DNA of 64,000 nt from Nemertoderma westbladi (Eukaryota > Animalia > Xenacoelomorpha). The stretch lies in contig JAUCBJ010008400.1 in NCBI GenBank assembly GCA_032718475.1, positions 20,032 to 84,031 of the forward strand, written 5' to 3'. Made by a program: the position numbers and the translations under genes. The notes beneath the pieces were generated by a model. It was not told the DNA's origin, made no database searches, and saw only the letters and a list, made by a program, of their open reading frames with translations. Of this stretch, positions 1 through 9,665 are shown in pieces (position 1 is the stretch's first letter; each line of letters starts with the position of its first letter).

Positions 1-1
1 C

Positions 2-193
2 CACGATCAATTTATTACACTAGAAAATAAATGTGCTTTCCACTTAAACACAAGGGATAACTGTCTGCGGTACTGCTCTGCAAAACGTGTCGGTGGGTTT
101 GAATTGAAACGATTTTTCGTGAGAAAGCGTTTAACTGACACTGATGATAAACAGAAAGAAATAACTGCGGTGGAAGATGTACTCGTACAGTAG
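2..193 (+). CDS. 3' end of Polinton A putative DEDD-exonuclease-like gene (homologue of 35983-36581)
   Basis: Reads HDQFITLENKCAFHLNTRDNCLRYCSAKR...VEDVLVQ*, matching B's HDRFTTVESKCAFHLNTKDNCLRYCSAKR. Confidence 0.7.
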   Translation, partial: HDQFITLENKCAFHLNTRDNCLRYCSAKRVGGFELKRFFVRKRLTDTDDKQKEITAVEDVLVQ

Positions 194-698
194 GTTTACT
201 CTAAGCATGTAATATGATGGGATAATATAATTGTTTTAATGTCAATAAAAATAATAAAAACATTAAAATCTATTTTTTTATATCTCAGTTTGACTGAAGG
301 TGTAGGGCTTAAGTTTACACTCACAAACACACCGTACCTACCGGTAGCCGGCTGTTGTATCAGAGTTTAACTACCAGTAGCTGACTTTACACACATACAG
401 ACATATAGCAACAACGCTAAACTGTAGAACGGCAGAATGGCACCCCCTTCTAGAGTGCACCGACAGCAGCCACAGCGCTTTAGCGTTACTTACTAATAAT
501 AAAATTAAATTAACTCGACATGGGGGGGTTCGTGAATGCAGCATTAGAGGGGCCCACCTAACAATAGGCCTACTGGTACCGGCACTGTAGCACTCTTGTA
601 ACTGTATACTTGGATAGAGCAAGGGCATGCAGGTTTCTTCGATTTAAGGATTAGGCTATTACACTTGAATGCTTCCAATTTTCTGTTTACAACTTTAA

Positions 699-912
699 TT
701 GGTCTAATCTACATTACTGTGGGCTACTACTGTTGCATAGGCAAGCCTATACAGCTATAGTTAACTTTATGTGGCCCCCTTTTTCGAATGTTGACTCAAT
801 ATGGTTGGTCTAATCTACATTACTGTGGGCTACTACTGTTGCATAGGCAAGCCTATACAGCTATAGTTAACTTTATGCGGCCTCCTTTTTCGAATGTTGA
901 CCCAATATGGTT
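699..912. repeat. 106-bp tandem duplication (2 copies)
   Basis: TTGGTCTAATCTACATTACTGTGGGC... starts at 699 and again at 805. Confidence 0.9.
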
Positions 913-1241
913 TACGGTTAACCTTTAGAACTCACACTAGGCGCACCTTCATTCGGTTAGGCATATAGGCCTAATCACTACTCCTCAACTGAAAGCCGCC
1001 TAGCACATTGATACAATAGGTGTGGCTAGCAATATATAAAATTCACCGCGCCCAAGTTCATTCATTCACTTAAATGTTGTAGGCCTATAGGCCTATAAAA
1101 CATAGTTAGTTTATTTATGTATTCGCTTTTTTTTTAATTAGATATAAAATATAAAATATACAATACAATACAAAAACCTACTGATACCGGTAACACACGT
1201 GACTAATTATATAGGCCTATGAGTCTACTTGCTGTACGAGT

Positions 1242-1595
1242 CTACTGACGTATTCTCGGATCAGATGGAAGTAGTCGAGTTGGTGTTGGAACTGGAGCTG
1301 CTGCTATATCTTCATGTTCATCCCAGTTATCTCCCCTACTATAATTGTCTAGACTTATCTGATGCGCCGCTCCAGGTTGTACTCTAATGTTTAAATTGAA
1401 GTTTTTATTGGTCGTCAATGTGGTTTGGTAACCTTGGCTGCCGCTGGTTTTATTTTTAATCATTATTGTTATTTCACCGTTGTTGTTTTTTAAATGTAAT
1501 TCAGTTACATTTAATGATGTGAAATAAAGGTCGTCTCCATCAACATCAAATTTTAATAAACAGTCGTCGCTATTTTCAATGAAAGAAAATGCCAT
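1242..1595 (-). CDS. Polinton A accessory ORF of unknown function (117 aa)
   Basis: ATG-initiated ORF with protein-like composition, co-oriented with TBP-like/pPolB; no counterpart seen in Polinton B. Confidence 0.5.
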   Translation of the reverse strand: MAFSFIENSDDCLLKFDVDGDDLYFTSLNVTELHLKNNNGEITIMIKNKTSGSQGYQTTLTTNKNFNLNIRVQPGAAHQISLDNYSRGDNWDEHEDIAAAPVPTPTRLLPSDPRIRQ

Positions 1596-2363
1596 CTTGG
1601 ATGTCGGTGTTGGATGTTGGATGTCGGAACGGATGTTGGTTGATTGATAGAGAAGGATTGTCGGAACTGAAGTTTGTTGAGGTTAGTTTTTTTTTTTTTC
1701 AAATATGAAGATAAGTTAGGCCTAGTCTATACCGGTATTTATTTTTTTATTTTACGGTAGGGAAACAAAATTATAGTTCACTGTTAGAAAAATTGAGTTT
1801 ATATATATTTTTGTAGAGGGTCGCAGATGTTTAGATTACAAAATTCTCATAGTTAACAAAATGCACAACATAAACCTTTCCCATGCGGATTAGTTAGCGA
1901 TATATGCTCTGTTCGTTGTTCTATTCTGAATGTAGGGAGATGCATAGCTGATGTTTTAATAATATGTACCGGTATACAGACTAGTAACAGATAGGAGGGC
2001 ATCGTCTTTGACTATGAATACCAGCACATAGCCCTAATCTTTTCTCACCGAGCTTAGCGTTGCCTGCCGCACACACATACACTCATAAGTAACAGATGCG
2101 CTATTGTAGCTCACTCGTGAGCAGCGATGCTTAGTTAGCTAGCTAGCTAGCTACGGCCGCTGAGTAAACTATGCCTACTCGAGTGTTACAAGCAATCGCT
2201 CTACTGAAGTTAGTTAGTTAGTTAATTTCCCCCAACTAGTTGTTGATTTTAAAAAAATATTCATAAATTTTTTCCAGCCAAATTTAATATATATTTTACA
2301 GTAAAAATCTCCACCACCAAACAGCAACAACAACAACAACAACAACAATAAATTTCACTCGCA

Positions 2364-2918
2364 CTAATTATATTTTACATCAAAAACCCTCGCACCAAAC
2401 AATAATAAATTATTAACCAGTTTGTTGAATATAGGATAATATATATGAAATTTAAATGGGGAACACATTAATGTACATTTACCAGTGTAGAAGCAGCAAA
2501 CAACAACAATATTATTTATTCTGACTTTACAGTTATTGAATATTTCGGGCTCGTATGAAATTTCTAGTTTAATATTATCAAATATAACATAAAACCCGAT
2601 ATTGTTTATAAGTAACCTATAAATTACGGTATCGATACTAAAAATTTAAGAACACAAATTGATTGATTTAAAAATCAAATTAATGTTTGTTTTTTCGAAT
2701 ATATGCTTTTTCACTTTATTAAAATTATATTTTCTACCGAGAATTGTTATTCGTCCATTTGTAAACATTAATATGGTTGCACCAAATACCTTATATATAA
2801 ACTGATTAGGTTTGAGTACAATTTTACCATTCAATTGATTTTTTAATTCTTTTAAATTAAGTCCATAAATGATCTGCTTACAACTTATATTTTTATTTAC
2901 TATTTGATAATTCATCAT
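2364..2918 (-). pseudogene. TATA-binding-protein-like gene of Polinton A, one in-frame nonsense codon
   Basis: Collinear with 38059-38607; TAA at 2646-2648 replaces B's TAT; read-through gives ISYEPEIFNNCKVRINNIVVVCCFYTGKCTLMCSP...YPIF, ending TAG at 2364. Confidence 0.8.
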
Positions 2919-5900
2919 CAACACCATCGTCTTTTGGTTCTTCATAAATTGGTATATTTGATATTTTTATAGGTTTTTTGAGGTTTGTTTTATAGTGCCC
3001 CCAAGGAAGTGATTGATTTTTATTAACCCAATAAAGTTTATCATCAAAGCTACTGAGTGCAAATTTATTTTGCTTTAAGGTATAAATACGATGTAATTTA
3101 GATTGAAATCTGTGTATGTTTTTTTTTATTTCTTCATTTGAGTTATATGCTTTTAAATATTCTTCATGTGTAATATTCGTTTCCACAACAGCTCTTGTAA
3201 TACCTTTTGCTCTACGAATATTTTTGTTATTCCATTCCAAAATTGAATATAATTTTGGTCTTAAAAATACTGCTTGTTTAATTTCACGTGAAGCTAGTTC
3301 ATCTTTACAGTAATAAAGTCTCGATTTATTTTTATCGCTGTAGAGAGGGTGATCCTTAGGGTAATTGGATGTATCTAAAATATTATTTTTAATTAATGCT
3401 TTTAAAAAATTATTCTGCGATGTATTATAGTAACATCCTATTAAAGAGTCCGTATCTGATGCAGCAATTTCAATACGGCAGTTTAATTCTTTCTCAATAG
3501 GTAACAATTTATTGTAGAACAGCTCATACATATCCAATTTAGCCAAGTCCAACACAGTGCTACCAATAAATATAGGCTTATCGAGAGTTACAGAGTCTTT
3601 CACTAATAAATGTCCCAATAATGTATTATTGTATATTATAAATTGTTCATGATTAATACGATTTACTAATTGGTCGCATTTATCATTGCTATTTGCGATA
3701 CGAAAGTTACATCGATCTCTTATCTTTTCTATTGATTTGCCAAATAACGAATTATTAAGCAATTTCGTGACAGCTGTTTCAATGTAACTTTTTGCTAGTC
3801 GCCTTTGATTAATATTAAAATCGATGTAATTTTTAAATACAAATTCTTGTTGAAAAGAATATAATTTATGTAGTTTAGTAACAATTAATCCATGTTTTAT
3901 ATAAAATTTTAACAGTTTCAAATGTAAATGATAAAACTCTTTATCAAATTGCGTCAGCAAGAGTTTTGGTATAGACATTCTATATTTACGGGAGGTACCT
4001 CTTTGTATCGATAAGTTATTAAATTGTTCCCTCATATAAGGCGAAAGCATTGATTCATTTATACTTAAATGCTCTGGAGCTAACGGTAATTGTAATGTTT
4101 GATCGTGAATAGCTTTGGGATAATTTAAATCACATATTAAAAAATATCCAGTAGATCCATCAATGTCTAAATCTACCAAGTACTCGATTAGTTTTTCTGG
4201 AATTGCATTCTCTAAGTGTTTAATACTTACTTCTTTGAATTGTGAGGTGGGTAGTTTTTTACTTAAATTCCCAGAACATAAAGAGTTGAAATCAATATTA
4301 AAAATATGGCATTCTTCCTTAGTAGAATCATATGTACTTGTTCCTGGTATATTTGATTCTATATAATGCTTTGGACAAAATGAAACACCACCCCTAATTG
4401 ATTTTTCAAAATCTCTATATGTCTGATAATCCTTTATTAATTCTATTTTACATTTATTATATTTTAGTGCGCAATCATAGGTAAATGACGCGATACTACA
4501 GTAAAAAACCGCTTCTAAATCGTAATTTTGTTTACAAACATTCCTAAAATTCTCAAATATATCAGCAAGCAAACAAACATCGAGTTTTAAATAGGCTAAA
4601 AGATAATCTTTGAGATTCACACAGTCGAATTGTACCCATGATAATTCCGCAAACCTATAATCTTCAGTTGTGCATGTTTTTTGACTTAAGTTACTAAAAA
4701 AATTATTTATAGACGGCAAACCAGTATCATTAAATTTATTTATATCTGTCAAGTACTCGTATGGAAATACTCCTTTCCGTTTAATTGTTGAGTTATTCAA
4801 GTTTGGATAAAAATATTTCATTTCTTGTAGAGTAATAGGTAAAATTGAGCTTATATAATGACTCGCTACATCCTTTGTTGAACACTCAACTAAATTACTT
4901 AAAGAAAAGCTTAAAAATTGATATGTGTCTAAGAAACGTAACTCAATTTTCTTAGAAGTGTTTTTAATTGGGATAAATGCACTCAGTGAAATATATCGTT
5001 CTGTATTTCTCGGTATAACCTTTATATCCCGATCTGTGTATTTCTTATCTCTAAATCCGGTTTGTAATATACAATGTATATCATAATTACTGGAATTATG
5101 CCCGCAAAGTACATACAGGTATCGTTTCAATGATAAACTTCGGTTACAACTATTACAGGCTGCCGCAATATATTTACCTGTAATATGTGAATGATGTCTG
5201 TTTTTCCCTACATTATTATTTAAAGTAACATTACAATAGAAACAAAATTTTGCTTGTTCAAAATTTACAAAATCAATATTAGTAAATGACATAGATTTAT
5301 GAGTGTATATTTCTGACCAACAACATAATTCAGTTAAATCAGTATATAATGAATCTAAGAAATCTTGAATACAATTATTATTATTTGACTTTACGAATGT
5401 TTTCAAATGACATTTTGGAGCATCAATTAATTCAGTATTGGGAACAATTAAATAACTCACAGCACACGGTATATGCTCCTGTATAATTTGATTATTAACT
5501 GAAGGTTGTAAGATACATTCTATATCAAAGTAGGTGACAAACAATGGGGCTAAGGTTTTATCTAAATTTGTAAAACTAATGTGTGTTCTTTTTTTATTAG
5601 GTAGTTTCTCTCGTTGACTTCTTCCTTGGTAGCATGCGAGACGGTGTCGATGAAGAACTTCCGCTCGAAAAAAATGAGCCAAACACCTTTCACAATATTT
5701 CCTATTCCCGATATGAAGAGCTCTTGTATTCAGCAATCGATTCAAGTTAGTTATGCTAACATAATGATTCAGTTTAGGTACATTGTTATTTTTTACTACA
5801 AGTAATATATTTAATAACTGTTTATCAGGTGTAATTTTACTAAACGGAGGTTGTCTTAATATAGATACAGGGGTGCGTTTGTTGTCGTTATTCCAACATA

Positions 5901-6186
5901 GTAAATTAATTATATATTTTGAATTTTGTTTTTCAAAAAGTTTAATCGCTAACTGCCACTCTGTTGGATAATCATTTTTCCCGTTGTAAAAAATGAAATG
6001 ACTCATATAATTTTTGTACGACGAAGTAAGCTGTTTGTTGTTTTTCACTTTGCTACCAAATTTGGCGGTTAGAATAGTCCATTTGAAACAGTCATTATCA
6101 GCCGTTTGTATATTTATTGTACAATTTTTACCTGATAGAGCCTTAGGTAATTCCATATATCCATGCCCCTTATATAGTAACGACCT
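2893..6186 (-). CDS. polB: Protein-primed family B DNA polymerase of Polinton A, C-terminal part (exonuclease, EndoVII/HNH-like insert, polymerase)
   Basis: ExoI YFDIE, ExoII HNSSNYD, ExoIII YLKLDV, pol motifs DFNSL, KLLNNSLFGK, SDTDS, CxxC...HHSHITG...CNSCN insert; first 14 aa of ORF 2893..6228 come from the LTR. Confidence 0.93.
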   Translation of the reverse strand, partial: RSLLYKGHGYMELPKALSGKNCTINIQTADNDCFKWTILTAKFGSKVKNNKQLTSSYKNYMSHFIFYNGKNDYPTEWQLAIKLFEKQNSKYIINLLCWNNDNKRTPVSILRQPPFSKITPDKQLLNILLVVKNNNVPKLNHYVSITNLNRLLNTRALHIGNRKYCERCLAHFFRAEVLHRHRLACYQGRSQREKLPNKKRTHISFTNLDKTLAPLFVTYFDIECILQPSVNNQIIQEHIPCAVSYLIVPNTELIDAPKCHLKTFVKSNNNNCIQDFLDSLYTDLTELCCWSEIYTHKSMSFTNIDFVNFEQAKFCFYCNVTLNNNVGKNRHHSHITGKYIAAACNSCNRSLSLKRYLYVLCGHNSSNYDIHCILQTGFRDKKYTDRDIKVIPRNTERYISLSAFIPIKNTSKKIELRFLDTYQFLSFSLSNLVECSTKDVASHYISSILPITLQEMKYFYPNLNNSTIKRKGVFPYEYLTDINKFNDTGLPSINNFFSNLSQKTCTTEDYRFAELSWVQFDCVNLKDYLLAYLKLDVCLLADIFENFRNVCKQNYDLEAVFYCSIASFTYDCALKYNKCKIELIKDYQTYRDFEKSIRGGVSFCPKHYIESNIPGTSTYDSTKEECHIFNIDFNSLCSGNLSKKLPTSQFKEVSIKHLENAIPEKLIEYLVDLDIDGSTGYFLICDLNYPKAIHDQTLQLPLAPEHLSINESMLSPYMREQFNNLSIQRGTSRKYRMSIPKLLLTQFDKEFYHLHLKLLKFYIKHGLIVTKLHKLYSFQQEFVFKNYIDFNINQRRLAKSYIETAVTKLLNNSLFGKSIEKIRDRCNFRIANSNDKCDQLVNRINHEQFIIYNNTLLGHLLVKDSVTLDKPIFIGSTVLDLAKLDMYELFYNKLLPIEKELNCRIEIAASDTDSLIGCYYNTSQNNFLKALIKNNILDTSNYPKDHPLYSDKNKSRLYYCKDELASREIKQAVFLRPKLYSILEWNNKNIRRAKGITRAVVETNITHEEYLKAYNSNEEIKKNIHRFQSKLHRIYTLKQNKFALSSFDDKLYWVNKNQSLPWGHYKTNLKKPIKISNIPIYEEPKDDGVDDELSNSK

Positions 6187-6461
6187 TGTGCGAGACTCAG
6201 TCTCCCTGCCTTTGGATATATATTGCATAACCTACAAGAGGCCATGCCTTTGACTGTCTGACTATTCAGCTATTGTTATTAACCTACCGTATTCAGCTAT
6301 TATATTGCGCTGTATTAACGTTATGTACCGGTAACGACTGCTGTTACATATACCGGTATCTACAACTGATCTATATATATATTTTATTATTATATATGCT
6401 CGGGTCCGTGATAGTTGGAGTTTACCTACTCTTCATTTTATACACATATACAGTCCACACA
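6187..6461 (+). mobile_element. BEL/Pao LTR (275 bp) with non-matching flanks
   Basis: TGTG...CACA; reverse complement of 58102-58376; left flank GACCT, right flank ATTGC (neither the TSD nor the PBS). Confidence 0.93.
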
Positions 6462-6675
6462 ATTGCAGTTTAGGAATACTCTCGACTTTCTCTTTCATTA
6501 TTTTTATGTCTTTGGCAATAGCAGTTAGCATTGTCTCGAAGCGGTCGATTTTTGGGCCCATTTTGAGACTATGATATGCAGATTCAGAGATTTTGTACAG
6601 ATAGCAAATACAAAAATAGGCCTATGGCAGTAGGGAGTTACCTGTAGGCAAGTCAGTCACTCAGTCATCATCCCG

Positions 6676-7410
6676 TCATTTCATTTCCAATAACATTATT
6701 AAAATTTTATTTCCATAATCAATATATAAATCGTGAATAACATTTGTACAACTAGGCGTTACTACAACATGGTCCAGCCATGAGGTCGTGCCAAAAGCAG
6801 CACTAACAAAGGAAAAATTTGATTTATTTAAATGATCAACATCAAAAATTTCAAGGTTGAAATCTCTGCACCATTCAGACAGTTCATTGAAAAACATTCT
6901 ACCCGGTGCTGCATTAAAGTCTCCAATAATACAACAGCTGGTCGATGGAGATGACTCAATCAAGCACCGTAGCCTACCTAGATATTCTAAATATAAATCC
7001 ATATTATCAGTTGTCTCCTACGGTAAATATACATTAATAATAAGAGTTTTTATACCATTTATCCCATTAATATAAATAGGCATTATCCTAGAATCATCCA
7101 AATTTATTCGGTCTATAGCAGGAACTCATTCCTGCCTAACTAAAATAGATAAAAAATACTTATGTATCGTACTAAGAAATGCTAGTTCTTGTTTAGGTAA
7201 CATATGTTCCTGCAACAGTACTATGTCAGATCTATCACATGAAATGCTAGTTCTTGTTTAGGTAACATATGTTCCTGCAACAGTACTATGTCAGATCTAT
7301 CACACAAATTACACACTACTAAGAGAGATTCAACAGTGCGTATAGAATTACAATTATATGTAGCAATACAGATTGATTTAGTGTTATATATAGTAGAAGA
7401 AGCCATGATT
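6676..7410 (-). pseudogene. Degraded non-LTR retrotransposon AP-endonuclease fragment
   Basis: APE motifs ATYNCNS, LLQEH, IIGDFNA, SWLDHVV; internal ~66-bp duplication near 7177-7300 breaks the frame. Confidence 0.8.
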
Positions 7411-8159
7411 AAAAAATATATTATTTTATAAAAGTAAAGAACCATAAAAAAGCTAATTAATAGAAAACGCAATATATATACATAATAAGTACCGGTGGTA
7501 CAGCTGCTGCTTATTTATCAGAAGCATCAAATTCCATTATTTCCAATGAGTTAGCGAGATCGTCATTTACCGTAACTATTGTATTCTCGACACCTTGCGA
7601 TGCAACATTGGCCCCTTTGGGTGCTGTGTTGGAGTCCAGCACGGCATGCGGTAGATTGATTATCTGGACGCCTTAATCGCGGTCAGTATTCGAACTTCCA
7701 TATTTGGCTGAATTCCGGCTATATAAGGGGAGGGGAGTACGATTTTGAGGTCCAAGATTTGGATGAGTTGAGGTGGAGATCGGAGACCTCGGGCGAGTTT
7801 CGGCTAGGGGATGAGGTGGATTGGATGGAAGAGACACCGATACAGTCTACATCTGGACTGCAGGGAATGCCAATGCTTGGGGGGGTCCGAGGGAAGGACT
7901 AGGGGAGGATGAGCCAGGACGATGGAAGGGTGGAGGGTTACGGGCGAGTACCAGGCTGGGAAGGGATATGGTGGATGAACCGGGATCCTGGGTTTGGAGC
8001 CGCTTGTGGTAGAGGAAGTAGAGGAGGACGAGTTCGGGGAGATGCTGCTGATAGAGAGAATCGGCCGGGCGGACACGGACTGGGTGGACAGGAGAGTGAT
8101 GACAGCCAGCGGGGTGAGACGCCCCCGGCAAGCGAGCCTGGGAGCATGGGGAGCCGGCG

Positions 8160-8678
8160 ATGAACTTCCCGGCGAACATGATTCGGCTGGGCGAGCAACT
8201 GGGAATGGCACCACGAGTAGTGTTTGGGGAAATGATGCCAAGGGTGGAGGAGGACGTCGACATGGGTAGGGAAGACAAGGTTAAAATGTTCACCTATCAG
8301 CAGCTCCATAGACCCAGGAGGCTACACAGAGCCAAGGACGACTTGGGGCGAGAGACATTGATAGACGGTTGCGACTACTGTGGGAGACTAACCCATCAGC
8401 AGAAAAACTGTCTGTATCACTACCAGAAGGGGGCGACATGTCTATATTGCCACGAGCCTACCCATAGGATGGGTGCATGCCCAAGGTTGCACCACAGGTG
8501 TTCGAAGTGCAAGTTTAGAGGGCATTTTGAGCGCCAGTGGGACTGGATGGATGATGAGGAGAAGTTCCGTATTTTCGAGGATTGGGCCGACATCGGAGTC
8601 ATGATAAGGCCAATGATGAAGGCCCAGGAGTTCCGGTGGGGGCTTTTCAATGTAAACCTAGAGGCCCACCAGCACTAA
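8160..8678 (+). CDS. Triple CCHC zinc-knuckle (Gag nucleocapsid-like) ORF fragment
   Basis: CDYCGRLTHQQKNC, CLYCHEPTHRMGAC, CSKCKFRGHFERQW (third degenerate). Confidence 0.65.
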   Translation: MNFPANMIRLGEQLGMAPRVVFGEMMPRVEEDVDMGREDKVKMFTYQQLHRPRRLHRAKDDLGRETLIDGCDYCGRLTHQQKNCLYHYQKGATCLYCHEPTHRMGACPRLHHRCSKCKFRGHFERQWDWMDDEEKFRIFEDWADIGVMIRPMMKAQEFRWGLFNVNLEAHQH

Positions 8679-9068
8679 GAGGAGACTACCATTCACGTAT
8701 CAGGAGGTAGCGACAGCGGCATCACATGGAGGGGTTATTAACACCCAATGATATCTAGACAGGTGGTTGCCAGAGAACAGGATGGAATTCATGGACTTTC
8801 TGGTGGAGCATGTGCCGCGTGGGATGAAGATGATCTTGTGGGACGCTACCAGAGGGAAGCAGGCAGAGCACTCGGTGGCACCACCTGCGAAGCGATACCG
8901 CGAATTGCTAACGCCCGCACCCAAGGAACCAACAATGGGGCTCGGCAAGACAGTATCAACGCGTATGAGTAGCCTCAAGAGCAAACAGGAGGGGAGAAAG
9001 CGACCAAGGCAGGATAATGATGAGGCAAAGAGATGAAATGGTTTCCGGAGTGTACGGGAGGAGCACTT

Positions 9069-9615
9069 TGTTAGCTTATCCAATTCCGCTAACACAAACC
9101 CATAGAGTGAGCCATAAAGCAATATTGGGAGCACGAGGTTGATTACCAATCAACCTCGTGTCAGCCCAGTAAACGGGGACAATAGGCCCCAAAGGAGACA
9201 CACACAATAGGGGTCAGGGGCCAAACCCCTAACCGAGAGAGAACACAGGGAGTGAAGGGAAACACTCCAAAGGGTGCCAACAGGGGTATCAACCAATCAG
9301 AGGGGGGAAAGGCATCGATTGAGTAGCAATAAGGCCAACGTGCAATATATTACCGGTCGTGCTATCCATTCACTTCAGTTATCTCAGTCTGTCACTACAG
9401 TCACGGTAGTACGGTGACAATTTAGACCATCACCGCCGTCACCAATCACATATCATTCAGTATACCGGTTAACTGTGCTATCTACTATCACTCTGTATTA
9501 TATATATATCAGTCCATAATAACGACACTGGAACAACAACTCTTTTCATTCACACGGCGGGGACGCGTACATAAGCGACACCGGATAAACCGGGATCCTC
9601 TCGGATCCCGTCACA
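9069..9615 (+). repeat. 5' LTR (547 bp)
   Basis: Direct repeat of 15632-16178; terminal hairpins TGTTAGC..GCTAACA and CGGGATCC-tctc-GGATCCCG. Confidence 0.95.
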
Positions 9616-9665
9616 GTCTAAATTCTAGGCCTGCCGAACTGTAGCTGACAGCCACCAAAGACAAG

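Larger units (their letters stand above)
1..6186. mobile_element. Polinton/Maverick 'A', internal segment (rest lies upstream of the window; its pPolB-side end is at 54946-58101)
   Basis: Same gene order as Polinton B (exonuclease-like tail, TBP-like, pPolB) with clear sequence similarity; ends at the BEL LTR junction GACCT|TGTG at 6186/6187. Confidence 0.9.

Noticed and set aside
6273-6473. ORFs 6273..6473 and 57916..58290 (identical start)
   Set aside because: Translations of the BEL LTR, non-ATG start, no coding features
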